From: Mytilus edulis
Taxonomy: Eukaryota
NCBI RefSeq assembly: GCF_963676685.1
Contig: NC_092354.1
Coordinates: 64,170,001 to 64,234,000, forward strand
Length of the DNA stretch: 64,000 nt
Direction: 5' to 3'
A program made the position numbers and the translations under genes. Below the pieces are notes generated by a model. That model worked only from the letters and a program-made list of their open reading frames with translations, had not been told where the DNA came from and ran no database searches. Below, piece by piece: positions 25,101 to 40,100 of the stretch. The first letter of the stretch is position 1, and every line of letters begins with the position of its first letter.

Positions 25101-28100
25101 TGGAGAGTTGTCTTGTTAGCACTCATATCACATATTTCTATATCTAATTAACAAATCGTTTGATACACATTTGACTACACAATCGAATAAAAGATACTTG
25201 AATCAACGACCACGTGTAAATCAGTTTATATTTATACTTACAGAACTCCAATATCGTTTTTCGGAAACAGGATAAAACTTCCATTTGCTTGATCTCCTGC
25301 ATTCAAGGTATGGTAATATATCAGAGGTTCAAGAGCACATGATTTGTCATCGAATAATCGAACATTGTACATCTCTTTATGTGTTCCTGAATTAACAACA
25401 CTGTATGACACTTCGTTTTCCTTGTCAAGAGCAATGTCATCTATTCAAAAAAAAAGACAGAAAGATGATAGGCTAATAAGATGACATCTAGGTTACAATA
25501 CACATAAAATGCTGATACTTATTTACAAGCCCATGCATTGTAAATTGTAAATTGTTAATTTGTTAATAACTTACTACAACTGTGTGCATGATGTCTTTTT
25601 AAATGTGTATATTTCAAATATTCAATCAATGGATTCAAGCATTAAGTACAACGCACGAACATAATGTCGTCATGTCTAACTGACAAACTGTTGGAAAAAG
25701 TTTGCATGCATCGATTACAATAGTTAAGTCAATTCGATGCTTTTTTTATTGGGGACTTACTAAATTTAAATAGTCACGACAAAGTAAATCCGTTAACAAA
25801 ATGTTGCGTGTAAACCAAATTTAGAAATTATACTTTTTAAAGATAATACACATTTACCCTCGTAAAAAATGGGTTTCTTTTTGTAGGGACTTCATGGTGT
25901 TAACTTCAAAAATTAATCGGACTGTCTTCCTCCGATATGGATACTTGTTTTTATTCCAAATTGATCCAACTATATAGGTTTTTCCATATGAATAGGATTT
26001 TGAATGCATAACAAATTGGTTTGGGTGAATAATTGCGAGTACATACACCTCTCTCGGTATATTGGATAAAACAATTAGTCTTTTGTTTCAGTAAATAGGT
26101 GGATTATAAAAAAGAAGATGTGGTATAACTGCCAATGAGACAACTCTCCACAAGAGACAAAACTAACACAGAAATAAACAACTATAGGTCACCCTACGGC
26201 CTTCAACAATTAGCAAAGCATATACCGCATAGTCAGGTTTAAAAGGCCCCGAAATGACAATGTTAAACGAGAAAATTAACGGCTTAATTTATGTACAAAA
26301 ATTAAACAAAAACAAACGTGACACATAAACAAAACGCCAACCACTGCATTACAGGCATAGCACATACATACAGAATGTGGCGGGTTAAATAAGTTATTTA
26401 TTTCGACCGTTGGGCTAAGTTTATCAAAAGCCAATAAAACCACATACTTACTTCATGAAAAGGCAGTAATTGTATATTATTGTCTTTCGTAAGCATGTTT
26501 GTCTTTTCGATTAAAATAATATATTATATAATGTGTTGTTACCATAAAGTACATGACTATACTAATTTACATTACTATCTTGATAACGTAACGGCACACA
26601 ATCTTATACTTGACCTACACCTATTTCAAAGTAAAAATTCATACAACTATATTACTTAAATTGAACAGACCATATTATAACATACCTCTATATGATGTAA
26701 TCATCAGTTCAACACTAGTGGGTCTGATGACAGATGGATCAGTGCGAATGATTATGGCATTGGACTCATCTACAGCAGTTACTTTAACTTGAAAAGCCTG
26801 AAATAAAAGCCTGCATGTAGAACTATATCATTCAATAAATATGTAAAAATGTTTGTGCGGTTCTCTCGAATTTGCATTATTCTTTGTGTTCTCCGTCGAC
26901 TTATGATATTTACTATTTGCTAATATTGATTTAATGACTTGATATCCTCATTTTTGAAAACCAGCCAGTGACCTATGATTCCTTACGTCATTTTGATCTT
27001 TTGTGGAGAATTGTCGCGTTGATATCGTCTTCTTCTCTGCGATTATGACATTATCAAATATGACACTTACTGTTTGCATGCCATGAATAATAAGTAGGTA
27101 TTTAGTATTAATTAATAATTAACTCTGCAATTTCATCAAGATTTATAAAACCCCATACAGTTATACCTTTTTTAAAAATCGTACCTACATGCTTTACTTA
27201 TAATGCGTTTGTAATGGACGATTGGATATTATATTGTATACGTTTTGACTAAACATGAGTTAATAGTAAGTTTATTGTCTCCGGGGTGTAACTATTGCCA
27301 GGAGGCGTAGCCGAGGGCAAAACTTGTATCCGAGGTGACAATAAACTTACTTTTCAACGAATATTCAGTCAGTAAGTGTTTTGTTATATCGAAAAAGACA
27401 ACATACAATTAAATGCGTGGAATAGTCAACTATTGTTATATAAGACGCAGACAGTAAAATGTTTACTTTAATAAATTATGCTTAGGCTACGTCCTGCAAC
27501 TCTGGATACGAAAGGTAAAACGTGACGTTGTAATTCACACGGTGTTTCCTAAATTATCAAATCCCCTAGCTGCATTTAAAAATTCCGCGAAATATAAAGT
27601 CGCATGCGGTTCAATAGTTTCATTGAGGTCCAATAGTTTGAAACTATTGACCGGTTCAATAGTTCAACGCTTGCAATTTGAAAAATAGTCGAAATATTGT
27701 GAAATTGTTTTACATAAAAAATGATAACTAAGGTATAATAAGATTTGAATCGTATAATATAGCCTATCACGTTCCTAATATTATATATATGCTTTATAGG
27801 GACGATACACAAGAAATGAATTATTTTTCGTGTATTTTCTCGTTTTTATTCTACGAGACTAAAGGCGAACACTGTATAAACTCCCAAAAAAATACAAAAC
27901 TGGATTTTACTAGGTAAACTCTACTTACAGTGTTTGGTACTATTATTTCTGCAGAGCACAATATATCAATGTCTGAAAACGTTCTAGTTGGTTCATAGCT
28001 CATAAGCACTTTTCCATACGTATCCACAATGGAAAGTTCAGTACATGTGCCGTTACCAAAATTAACTATTGTCAGTATGTATGTGTATTTGTTACCTGTA

Positions 28101-31100
28101 AAATAAATAGCTGATAAAACAAAATATCGTATTGCCCATTCATTAGTTTATGCGAAGTGTTTTGTTGCCTGTTGTATGATCTTTTGTCGGTTTAATTTTT
28201 AAAATTGGTATTATCTGGGTTTTGTCAAGTCAGGATCTACTTATGTTGACCCTCAATGTTCAATTAATAAAATTGAGAATAGAAAGGAAGAATGTGTCAA
28301 AGAAACAACCACCCGTCCATAGAGCGGAAGTATTTTAGTGTAATGCTGCATGGTTCCTCTTATAATTTTGTCAATTCTTGATATAAAAAAGAAGATGTGG
28401 TATGATTGCCAATGAAACAACTCTCCACAAGAGTCCAAAATGACACAGCAAATAACAACAATAGGTCACCGTACGGCCTTTAACAATGAGCAAAGCTCAT
28501 ACCGCATAGTCAGCTATAAAAGGCCCCGAATGACAATGTAAAACAATTCAAACAAAAAACTAACGGCCTTATTTATGTACAAAAAAATGAACGACAAACA
28601 AATATGTAACACATAAACAAACGACATGCAACCACTGAACTGCAGGCTCCTGACTTGGGACAGGCACATACATACATACATAATGGCGGCGGTGTTAAAC
28701 ATCTTAGCGGGATCCCAACCTTCCCCCTAACCTGGGACAGTTATATAACAGTACAACATAAGTACGAACTATAAAAATCAATTGAAAAATGCTGAACTCA
28801 TCAGATGAACAAAATACAAATGGACGTGGCCGGGTACTTGTACATTCCAACAACAAAAAGACACTAGGTACAGATCTGATAATACTCACAGTTAACTGAC
28901 AGCTAGTTAAAAGCCACTAACAACAAATAAAAAAATCATGCATCTTAGACTAAATTATGCACATGGATTTAGTGTAAGGACGTCAACAACAGTCAGAGAA
29001 AAACGATCTTGTGCAATGCCAAGATGCAGGTATCGACAGATCCATGAATGTGTATATGTGTAGGACTCGGAACTGTGATGGTATTCTGAATCGCGATGGT
29101 CACGCTGAAGTACGGTGGTCCACGCTGAAGTGCGTTGGTTAACACGCTGAAGTGCGATGGTGACAATTGTGACGTTTACTTGTTGTTAGATATGATGAAA
29201 TGCGATGGTCTGACTGTGATGTCTATAGTACTAACGTATGTATGTTCCGTATCTCCCTCCTTCAGTAGGAGCACCACCATGGGTTATGGTGTAAAAGGAA
29301 GATATTTAACACACTGTATCGATACAGATTTAATGTGAGCATTTGCCTATCCAGTTTCCCAGCCTTGCCGTGACGGGTCTTACTACCAGAAAGTTAACCT
29401 TCCCCAAAACAATAAGTACAATGTAATAAAGCATACCAACACACCAACACACCCACTCACCTGACTCGCTCATTCTCAAAAATATAAAAAAAATGAATAA
29501 TATAAAAAACATTATATAAAGGATAAGGTCACCACGGATGCCGCACAAATGCCTAGACAACGAACGGGAAACCGGAGAGGACATACTTGGAATCCAAACC
29601 GATACCGCTAAATGCCCAGCTGTTTTCCTGGTAGAGGAAAGCCGAAAATCCTATGATAAAGGATCCCGGAAAGAAACTACCGATCCATTAGGGGAACAGC
29701 TAAAACCCTCAGACATCAAATAGATTGGTCTAATAGTTTCCCACATGGAAACTACTAATAGATCCCATCTGACTACATGTCTCAAACAAACCTGAAAATA
29801 TCTGCAGAAACCTTTCTCAACAAAAAAAAATATAATCCAATTCATCAAATATACGATGTAAGGATAATAATATTTATCCATGAAATCAATTTGACAAAAC
29901 AATTTCAATGATGTTGAAGGATTGTCTCTGCAAAAAATTTCACGTCCGCTCTCATCGGCATGCGAGTTGTGCCGATACCAAATTCACGCATGCCTACTAA
30001 CTCAGCAGGACACATTGGATTTTGTCAAATATACTAGTAACTTGTTCTTGTATCACAACACTCATTTATCTATTTATATGATATCGTAACAGTTTTTAAG
30101 AAATAAAAACCACTAAGTACAATTATACTCGACTCATATAAAGTGAGACGTGACGCCTTTTCTGGTAAATTTTTTTTTAGCAATTAGCTGTTTCTCTACT
30201 GAGCATCACCAAGTACACTAAGTTTCGACCATTCGGGTTTATTTTGTCCCAACCAATTGCAGAAGACGATAACTGTATACGCAAAATAGAATTATAAAGA
30301 TTACGTTTTTTCGTACAAAGCAGGTTTCATCTCATGAATATAATAAAAATATAGCGACTTGATATCACGAAAACATTGATAATAATTAATCTTAGTTTGT
30401 TATTAAGTTGATAACACAAAATTATGTGATGTATACTTGAAGAGAAGAGTAAATTAATATTTTATTTGTCTTACAAAAAGTTTTCTAATAATACATGCTT
30501 CCACAAACACTGTTTAGCACATCTGCAGACCAATATCCACTTTTAGTGTGTGTGTGTGTGTATATAAGGGGGTGTCTTAAGTCGCTTTTCTCCAATGGTT
30601 TGTTTACCGACTTAGTTTGAAATAGTTTTGTAACCCCCATCTCTACATGCTCTAATGCTCAAACTATTCGGGATTTAAATCGTTCGCTTCATTCTGTTGC
30701 CTTTCCTGTGTACGTATGAATCCTTCGTCTATACTAAATCTTATTCTCCTGCCTATGTAGATATATAAGATGGGGTATGAGTGTCAATGAGACAACTCTC
30801 CATCCAAGTCACAATTTGTAAAAGTAAACCATTATAGGTCAAAATAAGGTCTTCAACACGGAGCAATTTAATTTAATAACGTTGTATTTGAGAACGTCAC
30901 ATTTTCCAAACGTATTTGCAAAACCATCGCACTTCAGCTAAAGGACCATCGCACTCCGGCGTAAACCATCGCACTTCAGCGTCCCCATCGCACCTACGAG
31001 TCCTACATATATATACAACATACTAGTAATATTTAGTTTGCTTTTACTGATAACAATATCAATATTTATACCAATAACAACAATATCCAATGATATTATT

Positions 31101-34100
31101 ACAGTGTTGAATTGGTAACCTATTGGAATAAGTTTATTTAAAGGAGCGATAAGTTGACCAGGATCATTTCTAAATTTCCGGGTACGGTTAACAACATTTC
31201 CATAAAAAAAAATATGGAACAATTTGGTTAAGGTTTCAAGTAGTTTATGGTAACGAAATCCATGGCTTAATAGTTAACCAGTAGTACATAGATTACGTTC
31301 GTTAAAATCTAAAACGTCATAACAGACACTGCCATAGCGAACGAGCTGTGAAAAATAAACATCGTTAGATGGGGCCAATGGAACATCACCATCTAAAAAT
31401 GGAAAATTAACAATAGGAAAAGAAAAAACGTCCCCTTTGTCGTAAATTTTAGTGTGGAGTTTCCCGTTGAAAACCTAAAGATTTAAATCTAGGAAAGGAC
31501 AGTTATTACCGTTTGATTTTGATTTATATACTATTATAAGTTCTTGGGAGTAAATGTCAGCAGTATATTGAGAAAATTTGAGAACGGTAAGTGTTGTTGA
31601 CTTTGAATGCAATTTCGACGGCGCTTTACTGATTTTAGTCATAAAATGTGATTCATAACAGTACGAAAATAAGTCTGCTATTAAAAGGGAGCAATGAGAA
31701 AATTAACAGCTAAATTCAATCATCACATCACACCTCCGGTAAGTATATCTTGCATATTTACCTTTCTCATTAGAGAAGAAGGCTTTAGATGAATTGCAGC
31801 AAATATATTTGCATTTAGATTTACCAAACGACCATTTAATTAAATTGGAAAACTTGTGTCTGATACGATAGTGCGGAAGTGTAGTGTAAAGAGTCGATTT
31901 GAGAATTTTATCGTTTTAATTCAACTATTTACAAATATACTTGTACTATTACCAACAATCGGAGATCCTTCAACTGATATAGATGACCCATTATGGTTTT
32001 CCTCCACAGTTTCACCATCAACTTCAATCGGACTTTGGGCTGTAATGTTTACTTCATAATCTATATGTACTATGTTCGGTCGAAGTAAGTTATACATTCC
32101 TGGAGATAGCTTCTGGAAATAATCAAATAATAAATTATTGATATGGAATATTTGTGGCGGAGACAAGGCAAAGAAATATATTGTGGGGGAAGCAATAAAT
32201 TTAAGGAGCTATCCAATGTTTGGTTATACGATACGTATTGATCCGATAAGACGTCTTGATTTTCTTTGAATTTAAAAGGTACTTCAGGATTTCAGACTTT
32301 AAAGGGAACATAAGGCATTTACGACTTGACAAGTGCTTCAGCATTTATTATTAAATAGATACTTAAGCGTTCAAGAGAAAATGAACAAAATAAAATATAT
32401 ATTGGAAAAATAATCTCGCAATACAGTAATATATCTTATGTAAAACAAATACGTCTCCAGGGTATATTTAATTGTTTGATAACTTTCAACGGTAATCGAT
32501 GTACACATTACGTAAATCTACTTTAGATATACAAATCGGGAAAACGAAAAACAAATCTTATTATTCGCATTTATTTCAAACGTCGCGAGATTGATTTGTC
32601 AACAGTGTCAGCGTCTCCTAAAATCTGCAATATGTTATAAAAATTGTCTTCTCACGTTATGTATAACACTGAATATGCTGAAATACATCTTCATTGTAAA
32701 TTTATAATTAACGTTTTTGTCAAATCTTTGAAGTAGATTTTTAAGATTGTGAAATACAAAATTTGCACAAAACGTTTTTTAATATATTTTAGATTGTGTC
32801 TCTGTTAAAGAATCGTATTGTGTATATCTATCTATGAAGCAAGTATAGACATGATTTATTTCATGTAAATATAGAATAATGTATGTTTGGATACATCAAC
32901 GATTACACGCATTTAGATCTGGAACGTCTTTACTGTACTAGATTTTGTTATTTTGACAATACACTGTTAAACATTAGGTCTGTGGGCAAGAATATTTTTA
33001 AGTTGTTTCTTTATTGTCCTTCACATTTAACAATTATACACTGTAGTTGAAGAATATTAATGGTTCATGTTTTCGGCGTTCCTGGTATCATTTGAAAATT
33101 GAATGACATCGGTTTTTAAAAAATTAGTTCCCTTTTTCTGTTAGGTTTCATATTCTCTAGATAATTTATTCATTTGTTATTTTGCTGGTAATTTATGTTA
33201 TTCTTGTCCTCTTTATTATCCTTTGTTAATAGATATAAGAAGCGTGGTATGAGTACCAATAAGACAACTCTCCATTCAAGTCACAATTAGTAAAACGTAA
33301 ACACTTATAGGTTAAAAATCGGATTTCAACACGAATTCACACCGAACAGCAAGCTAAAAAGGGCCCCACAAATGACTTGTGTAAAAATATTCAAACGAGG
33401 AAAACAAACGGTATAATCTTTAGGAAAAACTAGAAACGAGAAACATTAATGACAAACGCAAACAACTGAACAACTTTTTCCTGACTTAGGACTAGCGCAC
33501 AAAAATGCAGTGTTGTAAACATTTTTCAGACTGGTTATCATTTAGTATACAAAATAAGATAAATCAAACCTGAATTGACATAATCAAATCGTTCTTATCT
33601 GTAAATATACGTGAAGCTGTCGGTGTTGAAAATGTTTCTTTTGTACCTGTAACACAGCACATGATATAAAATATTTGCATTATTATATTAAACGCACAGT
33701 ACATCTAAATTATTGTCTCCTTTCTTAAAATTATCACAATAATCAAGGTTGTGTTCAACATCATAGCAGCAAAATAATGCTACGTAGATTTATGACTATT
33801 GAACATGTAGCTAGCCTAACTGTTACATATATATTTATAGCTGGTTAGGCTAGCTACACGTTCAATAGTCATAAATCTACGTAGCATTATTTAGCTGCTA
33901 CGATGTTGAACGCAACCCTGATTATACTTTCTGTGATTTATTTGATCCTATATTGCCTTTTGGTCACGATTATTCCGGTTTTTATTTTCATTATGTGAAT
34001 TATTTTCAAGATATAATCATGATCTTTAAAAGTTATTTATGGTGCATGATTGTTTCCTATATAAACTAGAAAACCATCTATTAATAGTTCAGCACTAATA

Positions 34101-37100
34101 ACAGCCATGTATGGAATTCGTTACCTCTATTTATATACAAAATGTATTATACAAGATGTAATATTATTGTATAGCAATATAATATTTCCCACAGAACGTA
34201 ACCAAAAAAAATTCTAATATTGCACTAGTGCAATAAATCTTCAAAATTCATGACGTCATCAACGTTTAAATCTTAGTTTAAACCAATTTTTACTTTCAAA
34301 TATTATATTGCTATACAATAAAAGGGTTATTGCATGAATATTAGGGAATATTGTCCCTCGTAGAACAGCTCGTGCAATATAAAATTCTACTCGGGACAAT
34401 ATTCCCCAATATTCATGCAATAACCCTATATTATTATTATTATTATGTTTAATATTAATTCTTGTATGAAATGACAAGAAAATAATTTACCATTTGGATA
34501 GATGAAATCAATTTCATCTTTCCTCGATGCTCCTTTGATAACAATTTTCAGGACTTGAATTGATTTGTCGACATAAACAGCTCTAGTTTGATTGTCCTCT
34601 CTGTTCCATGTAAAATGTTCCAAAATGACCTCTGACGTTGGGAAAAGATCCTACAAAATGTAAATGTGATATACATAAAACATGTATCCAAGTTTTGAAA
34701 TTACTAAACAAAATTTACACAATGATAAAGTAAAACCAAAATTGAAAAGGTATTACACTTTATCCTTGAAAATTGCAAATGAGTTTAAAAGACAAGCTGT
34801 TTTTTCCTTTCTAAATTCTGTTTTGTGTTTCATAAGTGACATTTTTTAATTAACATAAATTGAAGGCATTATATTTAATGTGGTTTTCTAAGCCTTGATA
34901 ATACCAGCAAAACATGAGGTAGGTCAATCTTATTTTTGTAATTGCAGGTGCTATCAAAACATAATCATCGGTGTTTTTGAAATTTTTAAAAGTTCATTAA
35001 ACAGCAAAGTTACAGTCAAAAACCATTTCAATAATACCTCATATCTGCACAATAGCATTGTCTATCGATTATCTATTTTTTTCTTTAATTGCAAAATTAT
35101 TTTACAAGAACGACTTTTGGTGATGTCGATGCATGAAAGCCTAATGTCTTACTAACGAAGGGTGTCGTTGGATAAGTTTGGAAGAGGCGACATATTAAAA
35201 CTCATGTGTTAAAAACGAACTATAAATGTTCTGGAAAAAAATGACAATCAAAAATACAAACAAAATACAAACAAAGCCGCATTTCACACAACATCGACTA
35301 TACAAAGTGATCACCCCCACTCAACTATGAAGTAACTGTATCATACACAAAGTCAAATTGAGACTTTCTTTGAGATAAAGTTCTCCAAATAAATACTCAA
35401 AAATGACAAAGTTCAACTTTCTCCAAAAAGAGCAATTATTTATATAAATCAAAACCATGACCAGTTATCCGGAAATGCTATGCAATTATTTACTCCAAAA
35501 ATGACAAATTTCAACTGTCTTTGAAAAGAGCAAATATTAATAAAAATTAAAACCCTGACCACATGCACACTTTCAATATATGTACAAACAGACAGCAAAT
35601 TTAAATTATTATAGCATTCACACCGTAGGACGTGTTATGCGGAATAAATATATACCCGTAATAAAAACCCGAGGAACGCAAGATCGGAAGGCCTCACAGA
35701 CGGACGAACGTGCTAAAACAATATGTCCCCCAACGCAGTTGCGGGGGTATAAAAATTTAAGACCAAGCAAAACGAATAACCAAAACTTTTGTTACTTACG
35801 CATTCTCTTGCAGGGAACAAACTTAGTCATACAAACATAAGAAATGTTCTTAACTGAATAACATTCGTTCTCTAATTCTATCTAAATTAATCCCTTTCCG
35901 AACTCATTGTATAAAACAATTTAATCAACGTGTGGTTGCCGGTGATCTCAAAAGATCGTTGGATGATTTTAAGGGTCATGACCTTATTAGCTAACTGGAT
36001 GAATCAAAATATGCTATAACAGATGTTAATGAAATTGACAACTTCGTGCAATGTGAAAGTCACTCGAAGAGGATTTTCGGTTAACATTTCAATCATTAGA
36101 GAAACAGATTCTTGCATAGTTACTAGTGGATTATCGGATTTATCCAATCTCGATAGTTATATTATCAATTTTAACTATCTCAATTAGATAAATCCGTTCA
36201 TCCACTCGTATCAATGTAAGAATCTATATTTATTTTGCAGTTATATGATTGTGTTTAACATTGCACACTTTAAATAATATATAATAGATAATGGTTTTAC
36301 GGGTATAACGTGAAATACACAGTTAGTATGATATTGAGAATCAAAACGCGTTTAGCAATGACCATATATAGTTGTATCGGATAAACAAATAAAGGACTCC
36401 TAGTCGGGTCATGTTCTTTATCTTCAACGTTGACTACTTTTCTGGGGGTTCTAGATGATAATCATTACAATATACTAAAAATATAAATAAATTGTAATCA
36501 TGTATTAAAACTTTACGTTCTACCATACTTAATAGTTTAGTTTTAACAGTATTTTATTCAAATGAATTGAATTGGATTGTGCAAAAGGCAGACTACATTA
36601 GCCCTACCATATAATAAGGTATAATACATCACACTCCAACAAAGTAATACATTCACATAGTACATTAAATAAAACAGTCTTAAGTCAGCTGTTCAGTATT
36701 TTATAGTTATACTTAATTATACCATACTTAATACACATCATCATCATCTCAGAATACCTCAATAACTTCATCTAAAACATTCCCTATGTCTGCTTTATTT
36801 GTATCATAAACCCTGCCTCCGGTAGTAGCTGCTATTATCTCAAAGAAGTTTGTGTCACGTTGGTTTCGGTAAGCTACATGATAAATGAAAATTCAGTAGA
36901 ACATTAACTTACTATATTCATACTTAATAACATAGCATAACCAAAAACATGTTTATGTGATAAGTGTGTATGGAGGAGTCATTTTTTTTTGCAAATAAGT
37001 ATCACCATATCCTTCAGGAATGAATAAGTCATTGGTTGTGGCAAGTAAACTTCACCAGATCATTTGAACATGTTTCATACAGTTACTAAACGTATATGAT

Positions 37101-40100
37101 ATATATTTTTTATGTGGATACACTATACTATCATGATCGTCTGACTTTTATATTATAAATATCATCAAAACAATTTATATAGGAACACAAAGAACTATTC
37201 ATTGAAAATTCAAACATTGAGAATTTCAATCAATAACACAAAAACATAATTTTAAAAATGCAACAACAATGCATTTAGGATAATTCAAAGTGATACATAC
37301 TTTTTAGTGTTTTCACCTTGAATAATTATATATGTTTGTTGAAAGCATTAAGGAATTGTAGAAAATCGTGAAATACTATACGCATTTGAATGAAACTATC
37401 TTTCTTAAACATTTAAACTAGTTAAAGATACTCTTTGCCTATCAAATGTAGAGATGATAATATGGTTTTAATCTATTATTTTTACCTGAATCAAAATACC
37501 GTTTTTTTGTTCGACATTGACCCGTCCTGAGTGTAGTTATCTTGATTTGTTTTGATAAAGCTGTTGTTTGCACCTCAGACATTTTGGATGCATCTTTAGC
37601 GTCCGCATCAGTGAACACAAGTATTGTTGAATCGACTAACGACAATTCAATAGCTGAAAGATATACAAAGTTCATGTCACTTTCTCTAAAATAAATATTT
37701 GTACAAACGTTATATACGGCTAGGGAGAAATAAGGAGAGTTAAGTATAAATACAGGACTGGTTAGATCTTTTTTTTATTGGTTAAGATATTTATTAGGTA
37801 GGTATCTTATTGTTCTTGGTCAATTTGGTCCCCTGCGATCACTCCTGGATTTTATTTGAGTTAGTGTTGCTCAGTATGTGTTTTTTATGTTGTGTTGCGT
37901 ACTTTCATAGGTCGGACTGACTGTTTTTGTTTTTGCCATGATGTTTTATATGGAATTTCAATGTCCCTTTTGTATCTTTGCCTTTTTTTTTGCGTCATCA
38001 TAAAAATTTGTGTACCCGATTTAATCAATGTATGTAGCCCGTGTATCACTTATCAATACAAAGTTTTAAAAAGTTTTGAAATTTTAGATTTTTGGAATTT
38101 TGATCAAAGTTTTAAAATATCAAAATTCCAAATTGTGTAAAAGTTTTGAAATTTTGAAATTTTAACCAAATAATTAATATATCAAAACTCTAAATATCGT
38201 TTAGAAATTTAATAGTTCAGAAATTTGATCAAACTTTAAAAATATGGGGGGAGGGGGTTAAAATTCTGCAAGTTTTGTATATCTAAAATCGATTTTTACA
38301 TATATCCATATTGGTAAATCAATTTTTCCCAAATTAAATTAAAAAGGGGGGTTGGGGGTCAGTGAATAAACTATGTGAATTAAGTTTTTTTCATCCTGCA
38401 TTGAACTTTTGATGTCGTCCCTTATCTCATTTGATTCCAATTTTTTCTGTTTTGCTCTACGATTTCTTACTTTCTGTAATCATGTCGGCAGATGAATATA
38501 TCTTTAACGATCATCTTTAACGTTTTAATCAACTATTTATTTTCTGAATTAATTGTTGGCCTTAGATATTCAGCTTTGAGCGTTCCTGATCCAGAAAAGC
38601 GCTTCGGTAGTAACTTTTAACGTTAATGTTTTCATTTTTTATCGATTGCATGACGATCATATATTGCCTTGTATCAATGTTTTCAGTTCTAAGTTTTGGT
38701 ACGGTATGACATCTGAATTCATGGTGTCGCAATGAACGTTGTGCTAGTCTGGAATGTGGGAGGTTTTTGATATCTTTTTACGCCGAAATTAAGAGTAAGA
38801 TCAAATATTGGTAGCCTGGAGTCAGGAAACTCTTTATTGATAGATACCCGGTTGTGAATTTTGTAGTTTACGCCAGACGCGCGTTTCGTCTACAAGAGAC
38901 TTATCAAAGACGCTCGAATCAAATTAAGTTAAAAAAAAAGCCAATAAAGTCAAATTAAATTAAAAATGCAAAATGCAAAAAAAAGAAACGTTAACATCAA
39001 ACTTATCTTTCTGGTTTTTGTAAAAGCTAAACATATTCACCATCAGTAAACGTATACCATAAACATTATTTACACCCTTCATATTGATGTAATAGTTGCC
39101 GCTGTACATTATGCGCTCATCTATCCATTTGTAGGTGTCGGCATTTTGAAAATTAAAAATTATTGTGAATAGTTTATACATACTTTTTTATATTATTTGT
39201 ATACTTCCACGAGGGGCTTCAATAATGGACATAAAAATATTCTTAACCCCAGTTTAATGAGGAGAAAAACATTCTGTGCAAGCAGAGGACAACGCAAATA
39301 TTCCTAATCAAGATTTCCCCCATACCTTATAGTGTTAAATTTTGAAACAAATAATTTGATTAATAGCAAGGAAAAACTTAATTAAATTGTAAGCGCTTAG
39401 CGCGATTTTTTTCTCGCAGTTTAATAAAATAACCAAATCCCCATTTTTGAAGTTAAATGGTTGCTCCCTTAGACTGGCAACGTTTGGACTGATGCTTGTA
39501 AAACGTATATGCATTTATCATATACGTAGCTCCATTAGGTGCCCTAAATCAACCTCTGTTTTTAAATAGCAAATAAAAGGAAAAGGGATTTGTTTTTGTA
39601 TCAAGGGATATCATTGTTCCGTATTTGTTATTTATGCATCTATAAGTTATCGTACGATAATCATTGTGAGGAAAGTAAAAGAACACAGGTACGTCCAATC
39701 AGAATTGGGCGTGTAAGAGAGTGCCACGCTGTCAGCTGCATGATGATATTTTCCATTTTTGGTTATACACCAATGTTGCTCTTGAAAAACCAGTACATTG
39801 TAAAACGCTGAATTTTAAGTAAAAGCATTTAGGGAACTACAACACGCTGAAAACTGAATACATTTGTATTTCAGTTGTTTCGCCAAAGTGAAGTTAATCT
39901 GATGTACAGCGGTTGTCGTCTGTTGATGTAGTTCATACGTGTTTCTCGTTTCTCTTTTTGATATAGATAAGACCGTTGGTTTTCCCGTTTGAATGGTTTT
40001 ACACTAGTAATTTTTGGGGCCCTTTATAGCTTGCTTTTCGGTGTGTGCCAAGGCTCCGTGCTGAAGGCCTTACCTTAACCTATAATGGTTTACTTATATA

